Source of the DNA: PVC group bacterium
GTDB taxonomy: Bacteria; GCA-001730085; JADFSZ01
DNA length: 13,349 nt
Direction of reading: 5' to 3'
Assembly (NCBI GenBank): GCA_022560555.1
Contig: JADFSZ010000024.1
Location: 1-13,349 of the forward strand
Shown: positions 6,920-13,349 of the stretch, one piece after another
How the letters are laid out: each line of letters starts with the position of its first letter
How positions within the stretch are numbered: the stretch's first letter is position 1
Notes under the pieces: generated by a model
The model's input: only the letters and a program-made list of their open reading frames with translations
Told to the model about the DNA's origin: nothing
Database searches by the model: none
Made by a program: the position numbers and the translations under genes

Positions 6920-7312
6920 ATGAAGCGGATATTTTTGTTTGTTGTCATCCTGTTGACAGGAATCTTATTGTGTTTGCCCAGACCATCTTTTGCCCATGGT
7001 CTTCACTTTCATTCTTTAGAAGACATGGCCGCGCATATTGAAGGGCATCTTTTAGAGCTGGAAATCCTTGTAGCATCCAAGAGGGATCATCAGGAAGAGA
7101 TTTTTGAAAAAAGCCTGGAAATCCATCGCCATGCCTTAGATTATCATAGATATGTCAGGCATTTACAAAATAGTTCACCTCGACACGCTGGTTTCAACGC
7201 CCTGGTGATGGGAGCTGAACAGTTAATCAAAAAGTCGGAACAAAACGATGTCTTTCAGATGATCTTTGTCATGAATGACATGTTAGAAATTATCCCGCTG
7301 AATCCGGCGTAG
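6920..7312 (+). CDS. Small secreted histidine-rich protein, function unknown (candidate periplasmic metal-binding protein)
   Basis: AAAGGAG sits 9 nt upstream of the ATG. The N-terminus MKRIFLFVVILLTGILLCLPRPSFA|HG looks like a Sec signal peptide, with predicted cleavage after SFA. There are 11 His, all within residues 26-89 (HGLHFH, AAHIEGH, IHRHALDYHRYVRH), the heptad-like pattern suggests helices, and the C-terminus is Met-rich. It lies 63 nt after urtE and 12 nt before ureD on the same strand. I do not recognise the family. Confidence 0.75.
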   Translation: MKRIFLFVVILLTGILLCLPRPSFAHGLHFHSLEDMAAHIEGHLLELEILVASKRDHQEEIFEKSLEIHRHALDYHRYVRHLQNSSPRHAGFNALVMGAEQLIKKSEQNDVFQMIFVMNDMLEIIPLNPA

Positions 7313-7324
7313 GAAAATGGAATT

Positions 7325-8302
7325 ATGTCCGTAACAGCTCTCATAAAAAAAAGAAGACATCGAACGCAAGATCATATGCGCATCGATCAAACAGATTCTC
7401 ATTACCCATATGATATTTGTCCTAATGAGAATTTATGGAGCCGCATTCAAGTGGCTCCTGTCCAAGGGGTATCCCTGTTAAACACGTGTCAAAGCATTAA
7501 TCCTCTTAAGATTTTCAATCCTCATGACGGAGGCACAACCTGTCATGTGGTTTTATCGAGTTATGGGGGAGGGTTTGTGACAGGGGATCAGATCTATTTT
7601 CAAGTTGTGTGTCAGCCGGATTCGAAATTATTTCTCGGGACTCAAGCCGAAACAAAAGTGTATAAATCTGTTTATGATCAGACATCATCTCAGACGATTG
7701 TGGGTTCATTGGGAAAGAATGCGTTGGCTGTGATAGCCCCGGATGCCTTGATCCCTTATGCGGGGAGCCGTTTTGTTCAAAAACAAATATGGACGTTAGA
7801 AACAACCTCATGTTTGATTCTCATTGATTGGATTCATTCAGGACGTTCCGCTTTAGGGGAAGATTTCCAATATGATTTATTGCGTTCAGATATTGAGATC
7901 TTTGTGGATGGGGAAAAAGTGATTTTGGATCGATTGAAGATTCAGCCGGGATATTCGTCACCTTTTGCTCCGGGGGCGTACGGAGAGTATACGAGTTGCT
8001 TTAATATGTATCTTGTAGGGGACGCGTGCGCGCCTTTAATTCAAAAGATCAATAATGTGATCAAGAAGGGCGGAGCGATCCCAGGATATAATGAACAAAA
8101 ATTTTGTCTTCCAAATGATAATGCTCGAGAAGAATATTTCAAAGGAATATGGTTGGGGCTCAATCGCATGAACGACACATGTTATGTGCTACGTTTGCTC
8201 GCCAGAGAAAAACAGGATATCGAACCCTTGTTAAAAATCTTTTTTGCTGAGTTGGCTTCAAAAAAATTATTGGGATTTAATCCTTTAACAAGAAAACTTT
8301 GA
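7325..8302 (+). CDS. ureD: Urease accessory protein UreD (UreH-type)
   Basis: UreD-like core: INPLKIFNP...VLSSYGGGFVTGDQIYFQV...LGTQAETKVYKS. At 325 aa it is longer than the ~265-280 aa I recall for typical UreD. It has a basic N-terminal extension (KKRRHRTQDH) and extra sequence near the C-terminus. ATG 7376 is an alternative start. Confidence 0.85.
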   Translation: MSVTALIKKRRHRTQDHMRIDQTDSHYPYDICPNENLWSRIQVAPVQGVSLLNTCQSINPLKIFNPHDGGTTCHVVLSSYGGGFVTGDQIYFQVVCQPDSKLFLGTQAETKVYKSVYDQTSSQTIVGSLGKNALAVIAPDALIPYAGSRFVQKQIWTLETTSCLILIDWIHSGRSALGEDFQYDLLRSDIEIFVDGEKVILDRLKIQPGYSSPFAPGAYGEYTSCFNMYLVGDACAPLIQKINNVIKKGGAIPGYNEQKFCLPNDNAREEYFKGIWLGLNRMNDTCYVLRLLAREKQDIEPLLKIFFAELASKKLLGFNPLTRKL

Positions 8303-8351
8303 CCTCCAATATACTGTAGCTTCAAACGAAATATAGAACGGAAGGGATCTT

Positions 8352-9110
8352 ATGAGATTGTCGCCGAAAGAAATTGAAAAACTGATGCTCCATAATGCGG
8401 GGTTTGTTGCCCAAAAGAGATTGTGGCGCGGCCTCAAACTCAATTATCCCGAGGCCATAGCTTTGATAGCTACGCAGATTCTTGAGCTGATACGGGAAGG
8501 GAAGACGGTGTCCGCACTGATGGATCAAGGGAAGCGCATCTTGGGCACCGTTCATGTTCAGCCTGAAGTCCCGTCTCTGATCCATGAAGTTCAGGTAGAA
8601 GGAACATTTCCGGATGGTGTTAAGCTTGTTACTATTCATGATCCGATCTGCACCGAAGAGGGAGATTTGGCATTAGCTCTCTATGGGTCGGGGCTGTCTT
8701 TGGAGAGTGCGACAGTGCAACGGCATGATGCCGATGCCCGGAAAGGACCCCGAATTATCCCGGGAGAATTGATCCTTCAAAAAGAAGAATTAGTATTGAA
8801 TGAAGGCAGGGACATTCGTGTTGTGAACGTCATCAATAAGGGGGATCGCCCTATTCAGGTTGGATCGCATTATCCCTTTTTTGAGGTTAATCCGAGCTTA
8901 GTCTTTGAACGGGAATCAGCCTATGGATACCGCTTGAATATTCCTTCGGGAACAGCGATTCGCTTTGAACCAGGAGCTAAGAAAGATGTCGAACTCATTC
9001 CTATTGCAGGAGAAAAAATCATTTATGGCGGGAATGCCTGGATCTCCGGAAAATTGTCTGAGGAAAACAAAAAAACGGCATTGGAACGATTTAGAGACAT
9101 AGAAAATTAA
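8352..9110 (+). CDS. ureAB: Urease gamma-beta fusion subunit (Helicobacter UreA-type)
   Basis: Residues 1-100 are a gamma subunit ([18 protein letters not shown]...[10 protein letters not shown]...[18 protein letters not shown]). Residues ~135-252 are a beta subunit (IIPGELIL...[18 protein letters not shown]...GTAIRFEPG). A ~34-aa linker joins them ([34 protein letters not shown]). The SD GGAAGGGA lies upstream. Confidence 0.93.
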   Translation: MRLSPKEIEKLMLHNAGFVAQKRLWRGLKLNYPEAIALIATQILELIREGKTVSALMDQGKRILGTVHVQPEVPSLIHEVQVEGTFPDGVKLVTIHDPICTEEGDLALALYGSGLSLESATVQRHDADARKGPRIIPGELILQKEELVLNEGRDIRVVNVINKGDRPIQVGSHYPFFEVNPSLVFERESAYGYRLNIPSGTAIRFEPGAKKDVELIPIAGEKIIYGGNAWISGKLSEENKKTALERFRDIEN

Positions 9111-9156
9111 AAATGAGTTGTATGATAATCAAGGTTTTAATAGAAAGGAGATTTTT

Positions 9157-10878
9157 ATGAGTTATCGGATTGATCGAAGGGCGTATGCGGATATGTATGG
9201 TCCGACAACAGGCGATAAAGTCCGATTAGGCGATACGGATCTCATCGTCGAAGTGGAAAAGGACATGACAGTCTATGGGGAAGAATGCAAATTTGGCGGC
9301 GGTAAAGTTTTACGGGACGGCATGGGACAAGCGGCAGGTGTCCTACAGAAGGATGCCCTCGATTTACTGATCACGAACGCTTTGATCTTGGACTATACAG
9401 GAATTTATAAAGCCGATGTAGGTATCAAAAATGGACGCATCATAGGCATTGGTAAAGCCGGAAACCCGGCTATCATGCCCAACGTGAATAAGGATATGAT
9501 TTTTGGTGTGACAACAGAAGTTGTGGCCGGGGAAGGATTGATTTTAACGGCAGGAGGTATTGATGCGCATATTCATTTTATTTGTCCCCAACAAATCGAT
9601 GAAGCACTAGCATCCGGCATCACAACCATGTTGGGAGGAGGCACAGGACCGGCAACAGGAACCAATGCCACGACGTGTACACCCGGTGCTTATCATATTG
9701 AGATGATGATGCGTGCAACAGATGCTTATCCCTTAAATTTTGGATTCTTGGGGAAAGGGAATTCCTCTTTGCCTCAAGGATTAGAGGAGCAGATCCATGG
9801 CGGGGCGATCGGACTCAAACTCCATGAAGATTGGGGAACAACACCGGCTGCCATTGACAGTTGCTTGTCAATAGCAGATAAATTTGATGTGCAAGTCGCA
9901 ATCCATACTGATACGTTGAATGAGTCAGGTTTTGTCGAAAGAACGATAGCCGCTTTTAAAGGGCGAACGATTCATACATTTCATTCCGAGGGAGCCGGAG
10001 GAGGACATGCTCCGGATATTCTCAAAGTCTGCGGCCAAAGAAATGTTTTGCCTTCTTCAACGAATCCGACACGACCTTTTACCGCTAATACCATTGATGA
10101 ACATTTGGATATGCTGATGGTTTGTCACCATTTGGATAAAAATATTCCGGAAGATGTGGCCTTTGCAGAAAGCCGCATTCGCGCGGAAACGATTGCCGCG
10201 GAAGACATACTTCATGATATGGGCGCGATCTCCATAATAGCTTCGGATTCTCAGGCCATGGGCCGTGTGGGCGAGGTGATTTGCCGGACATGGCAAACAG
10301 CTCATAAAATGAAAGTTCAACGGGGCCAACTTCCGGAAGATAAAAAGACCGTCTCCGGTAGTGATAATTTCCGGGTGAAACGTTATATCGCAAAATATAC
10401 AATCAATCCGGCTATTGCACATGGATTTGCCAATGAGGTTGGATCTGTCGAGATTGGAAAATGGGCCGATTTTGTTTTGTGGAAACCTTGTTTCTTTGGT
10501 TCAAAACCTGAAATGGTGATCAAAGGCGGCATTATTGTACAGGCACAGATGGGAGATCCCAATGCATCCATACCCACCACGCAACCCTATTTTTCCAGAC
10601 CCATGTTCGGGGCTATGGGATCGGCTATCGGTGCGAATTCATTTGCGTTAGTTTCAGCAGTCTCCCAAGAGCATGTCAAAAATCATTATGGACTATCCAA
10701 AAGAATAGTCCCCATTAAAAATTGTCGAAAAATCAGCAAAGACGACATGAAGCTTAATAATTATTTGCCGAATATTGAGGTGGATCCCGAAAGCTATCAG
10801 GTCAAAGTGAATGGAGAGATAATAACCTGTGAGCCGGCAAGCCAATTGCCTTTAGCGCAGCTTTATTCTTTATTCTAG
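9157..10878 (+). CDS. ureC: Urease alpha (catalytic) subunit
   Basis: The Ni-site and flap motifs are intact: [22 protein letters not shown] (carbamylated Lys), [45 protein letters not shown] 9157 (AAAGGAG 9144-9150, 6-nt spacer, [10 protein letters not shown]...) is preferred over the track's TTG 9118. Confidence 0.95.
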   Translation: MSYRIDRRAYADMYGPTTGDKVRLGDTDLIVEVEKDMTVYGEECKFGGGKVLRDGMGQAAGVLQKDALDLLITNALILDYTGIYKADVGIKNGRIIGIGKAGNPAIMPNVNKDMIFGVTTEVVAGEGLILTAGGIDAHIHFICPQQIDEALASGITTMLGGGTGPATGTNATTCTPGAYHIEMMMRATDAYPLNFGFLGKGNSSLPQGLEEQIHGGAIGLKLHEDWGTTPAAIDSCLSIADKFDVQVAIHTDTLNESGFVERTIAAFKGRTIHTFHSEGAGGGHAPDILKVCGQRNVLPSSTNPTRPFTANTIDEHLDMLMVCHHLDKNIPEDVAFAESRIRAETIAAEDILHDMGAISIIASDSQAMGRVGEVICRTWQTAHKMKVQRGQLPEDKKTVSGSDNFRVKRYIAKYTINPAIAHGFANEVGSVEIGKWADFVLWKPCFFGSKPEMVIKGGIIVQAQMGDPNASIPTTQPYFSRPMFGAMGSAIGANSFALVSAVSQEHVKNHYGLSKRIVPIKNCRKISKDDMKLNNYLPNIEVDPESYQVKVNGEIITCEPASQLPLAQLYSLF

Positions 10879-10895
10879 AAGGAAGGTAATGAGTT

Positions 10896-11579
10896 TTGAC
10901 TAAGCAATATCTTTATTTATTCCAATTAGCTGATTCGGCATGGCCCACAGGAGGGTTTGCCCTCTCTAATGGTTTTGAAGCCTTGATGAAGCTGGGACAT
11001 CTGAAAGATACTCATGTCTTTGTAGAATATCTAGAATCTTATCTCCGGCAAATTAGTGAAGCTGATCTTGCTTTTATGAACTCGATTTATATGTTAAATG
11101 AAGAGGATTATAGTTATCGCTTTCATGAAATCTGGATGGACTGGCATGCGTTTCAACATATCGAAGCCATGCGCAACGCCAATGCCCTTTTGGGCGAAAA
11201 CTGGTTTCGCATGATCCGCTCTGTTTACTCTCCTCGAAACATTGATGAGATGAAAAACTTTTTCGATGAGAAAAATCGCCCCATGTATTTTACCATTGTT
11301 TTTCCAAGGCTTCTCAGGATGATCAGGGTCGAGTTATTAGTCATGCACAAGCTGTTTTATCATATGGCCGTTCGAGATCAAACCGGTGCTGCCATACGAT
11401 TAGGTGTTATCGGCCCTGAAATGGCACAAAGGATCCATTTTCGCTTGATTGATACCTGCGAAAAATTGCGTGTGCAATACAAAGATCGAACATATGAGGA
11501 GGCGTGCCGTTCCCATCCACTGCTGGAATTGGCGCAAAGTTCTCATCAATATCTATATTCACGCATTTTTCAGAACTAG
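10896..11579 (+). CDS. ureF: Urease accessory protein UreF
   Basis: The N-terminal UreF motif LFQLADSAWPTGGFALSNGFE is present. The TTG start follows GAAGGAAGG (10878-10886). The first in-frame ATG would delete the conserved motif. The gene starts 17 nt after ureC, with no ureE between them. Confidence 0.87.
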   Translation: MTKQYLYLFQLADSAWPTGGFALSNGFEALMKLGHLKDTHVFVEYLESYLRQISEADLAFMNSIYMLNEEDYSYRFHEIWMDWHAFQHIEAMRNANALLGENWFRMIRSVYSPRNIDEMKNFFDEKNRPMYFTIVFPRLLRMIRVELLVMHKLFYHMAVRDQTGAAIRLGVIGPEMAQRIHFRLIDTCEKLRVQYKDRTYEEACRSHPLLELAQSSHQYLYSRIFQN

Positions 11580-11597
11580 TATTCTAAGAGGAAAAAC

Positions 11598-12365
11598 ATG
11601 TCTCAAAAAAACCATATCCAAAAAAAACATCTCCATTTAGACGCTCATAAACATGACCATGAGCACCACCATACCCATGAAAAATGGGAAAGCCCCGGCA
11701 TATACAGATGGAAAGATCTTTCTGATCATCCGCGTGATTTTTCCAAGAGAGCGTTTACGATAGGAATTGGCGGCCCCGTGGGCTCGGGGAAAACAGCATT
11801 ATTGAAATCTTTATGTGAATGTTTTCGAAACCGATATCAGCTTGGTGTTGTTACGAATGATATATTTACGCGAGAAGACGCAGAGTTTTTGATTAAACAT
11901 AAAGTGCTTGAACCTGACCGCATTATTGGAGTTGAGACGGGGGGATGTCCCCATGCGGCGATTCGTGAAGATATATCATCTAATTTGTCAGCCCTCACAG
12001 AACTGATGAAACGCTTTTCTTGCAATCTTGATTTGCTTTTTGTTGAGAGCGGAGGGGATAATCTGGCCGCTCATTTCAGCAAAGAGCTTGTTGATTATAC
12101 GATTTATGTCATTGATGTTTCCGGAGGGGATAAGATCCCTCGAAAAGGAGGGCCCGGAATTACACAGGCGGATTTATTGGTCATTAATAAAATTGATTTG
12201 GCAGATATTGTTGGAGCGGATTTAAAAATTATGAAAAGAGATTCAATCATAATGCGCGGGGAAGGTCCCTTTATCTTTTCTAATGCGAGAGAAGGGCATG
12301 GTGTGCCCCAAATCGCACAGGCTGTTGAGAAAGCTATGAAACAAGCCAAAGCTACAATACTATGA
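11598..12365 (+). CDS. ureG: Urease accessory GTPase UreG with His-rich N-terminal extension
   Basis: P-loop [22 protein letters not shown] (CPH metal motif), ESGGDNL and NKIDL. The N-terminus has 10 His within residues 6-27 ([22 protein letters not shown]). The SD AAGAGGA lies upstream. Confidence 0.95.
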   Translation: MSQKNHIQKKHLHLDAHKHDHEHHHTHEKWESPGIYRWKDLSDHPRDFSKRAFTIGIGGPVGSGKTALLKSLCECFRNRYQLGVVTNDIFTREDAEFLIKHKVLEPDRIIGVETGGCPHAAIREDISSNLSALTELMKRFSCNLDLLFVESGGDNLAAHFSKELVDYTIYVIDVSGGDKIPRKGGPGITQADLLVINKIDLADIVGADLKIMKRDSIIMRGEGPFIFSNAREGHGVPQIAQAVEKAMKQAKATIL

Positions 12366-12556
12366 TCTTCAAATTGTTACTTCCAATTTATCAATAGCCG
12401 TATCCGTTTTTAACATCTTTCCCCAACATGATCTTCATCGTCTCTGTCGTGCTGTTCCAAACACTGTCTGTGCTCAAAAGTCTGTTGAATTTAATTATGG
12501 ACCGTATGCCATAAAAAATTGGATATAGAAACTATTCTTTGAAGACAGGATCTTAT

Positions 12557-12568
12557 AACAATATTGTT
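12557..12568. promoter_or_regulatory. 12-bp perfect palindrome AACAATATTGTT (possible protein-binding site)
   Basis: Read directly; it is its own reverse complement and has no loop. It sits in non-coding DNA downstream of ureG. Short AT-rich palindromes can arise by chance. Confidence 0.25.
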
Positions 12569-12695
12569 GTTTTTCTAAAATTCCATGGTCGGCTGTCAGA
12601 ATGCGTAGGCAATGGGTTGAATAGAGACGGGTGTAATGATTGAAAATAGTGGGCTTAGAATCCAGAGCATTAAAAATTCGCTCATTGGTTTATAA

Positions 12696-12998
12696 ATGGC
12701 ATCCATATTGCGTGAAAACATGACATCTGTTTTTAAGGAAAAACTGTTTTATGGGAACATCGGTTATATGGGAAAGCTTACGGTTCAAACTGAAAGCAAA
12801 AAAAATATTTTTATTACTCAATTCCAGCTCTCCGATGGCACAAAGTATGTCCTCTGTATTCAAGCACATTTGGTCACTCGGAAAACAACCATATACGAAA
12901 GCCGTTTATTCTCAAGATTTGCATGTGCCCTTAACGATTCGAACGATCATTTGGAACAAGCTTGGACCTTTGAGGCTCGTTTGCTCCGCATGGCCTGA
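12696..12998 (+). CDS. Hypothetical protein (100 aa), weakly supported
   Basis: This is the only ORF in the right flank with protein-like composition (MASILRENMTSVFKEKLFYGNIGYMGKLTVQTESKKNIFITQFQLSDGTKYVLCIQ...). There is no SD before the ATG and no recognisable motif. The overlapping frame 12751..13038 is Ser/Leu-rich and less protein-like. Confidence 0.3.
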   Translation: MASILRENMTSVFKEKLFYGNIGYMGKLTVQTESKKNIFITQFQLSDGTKYVLCIQAHLVTRKTTIYESRLFSRFACALNDSNDHLEQAWTFEARLLRMA

Positions 12999-13094
12999 GC
13001 CCCGTCTGGCGAGTCAGAATCTTTACCAAGGACGATGAGTTTTGGGCGGGGATAGCCTTTTGGGGGCGTTTTAAGAAGAGCTTGGAATCCTTAT

Positions 13095-13140
13095 AAAATA
13101 CAAAAATGTCACTAAAAGAAGCCTAAAAATACAAAAATGT
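13095..13140. repeat. 15-nt perfect direct repeat AAAATACAAAAATGT x2 (13095-13109 and 13126-13140; 31-nt period)
   Basis: Read directly. It lies in AT-rich DNA about 200 nt upstream of the SD at the window end, so it may be a regulatory site for the next gene. Confidence 0.55.
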
Positions 13141-13340
13141 TATATTTCAAGATGAAGGCTGATATGTGTTTTCAAAAACAAAGGAAGAAAATGAAGGTGC
13201 CAGAGAGGTATAAATAACTGATATGAAAAAGGATATGCCTTTTTCTGAATCAGCGGTCTCTCAAATGATTTTTGGTATGTTTGTTGCATTAAGGACAAAG
13301 GCGATTCTCGTCCGAAAATCGCATGCTAACAATCACAACA

Positions 13341-13347
13341 AAGGAGG
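13341..13347 (+). promoter_or_regulatory. Consensus Shine-Dalgarno AAGGAGG at the window end; implies a + strand gene starting just beyond 13349
   Basis: The window ends ...CACAACAAAGGAGGAA. The start codon would lie outside the window, so this cannot be confirmed. Confidence 0.3.
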
Positions 13348-13349
13348 AA

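Noticed and set aside
6920-7312. Possibility that the His-rich ORF is a divergent UreE.
   Set aside because: It has an N-terminal Sec signal peptide, whereas UreE is cytoplasmic. It has no GNRH-like motif or UreE two-domain pattern, and it is predicted helical rather than alpha/beta.
8286-8316. Internal promoter for the structural urease genes (TTAACA-19 nt-TATACT near the ureD end).
   Set aside because: The spacer is too long, the -35 is poor, and the tight gene spacing favours read-through from upstream.
8322-8639. 105-aa minus-strand ORF overlapping the start of ureAB.
   Set aside because: It is antisense to the strongly conserved urease gamma region and has no independent support.
10057-10580. 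Three minus-strand ORFs inside ureC, plus similar ones inside ureG (11837..12025-, 12104..12349-, 12028..12225+).
   Set aside because: They are antisense or off-frame to highly conserved urease and UreG sequence.
12503-12535. Possible flanking direct repeats of the island: GCCATAAAAAATTGGATATAGAAAC on the right versus GCGATAAAATAACCAATTATGGAAATAAAAC at 1609-1640 on the left.
   Set aside because: The alignment needs several gaps in low-complexity AT-rich sequence and is not distinguishable from chance without statistics.
12930-12950. tRNA T-arm-like GATTCGAAC / GTTCGAATC as a possible tRNA-derived att site at the island edge.
   Set aside because: Flanking bases do not form a 5-bp T-stem (3 of 5 pairs at best), and no acceptor or anticodon arms are visible.
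12751-13038. 95-aa ORF overlapping 12696..12998 in another frame.
   Set aside because: Its Ser/Leu/Lys-rich, low-complexity translation is less protein-like than the competing frame. At most one of the two can be real.
13223-13349. Edge-open + strand frame MKKDMPFSESAVSQMIFGMFVALRTKAILVRKSHANNHNKGG...
   Set aside because: It has no properly spaced SD. Its end contains a consensus AAGGAGG, which is more plausibly the RBS of a gene starting beyond the window.

Overview
Most of the window (about 1641-12365, + strand) is one co-directional urea-utilisation gene string. In order: a 5'-truncated urtA remnant, urtB, urtC, urtD, urtE (urea ABC importer), a small histidine-rich ORF with a signal peptide and no recognisable family, then ureD, a fused gamma-beta urease subunit (Helicobacter-type), ureC (alpha), ureF and ureG. 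Gaps are 0-63 nt or the genes overlap (urtB/urtC 11 nt, urtC/urtD 14 nt, urtD/urtE ATGA), so a single transcription unit is likely. ureE is absent, and UreG has a His-rich N-terminus. The cluster is visibly more GC-rich (about 45% in hand-sampled lines) than either flank (about 32-35%). The left flank (1-1428, minus strand) holds a 476-codon open frame that the supplied ORF track misses, because it runs off the window edge without a stop. It encodes a TPR-like protein of unknown function, divergent from the urt genes. The 212-nt divergent intergenic region has a near-consensus sigma70 promoter whose -10 lies inside a 14-bp perfect palindrome. The right flank (12366-13349) is about 1 kb of gene-poor AT-rich DNA with one weak 100-codon ORF, a palindrome, a 15-nt direct repeat, and a consensus Shine-Dalgarno at the very end. 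The best candidates for something undescribed are the His-rich secreted ORF between urtE and ureD in a ureE-less operon, and the truncated-urtA junction with the unknown left-flank gene. No CRISPR array, tRNA/rRNA gene or transposase is visible. No taxonomic assignment is possible from the sequence alone.
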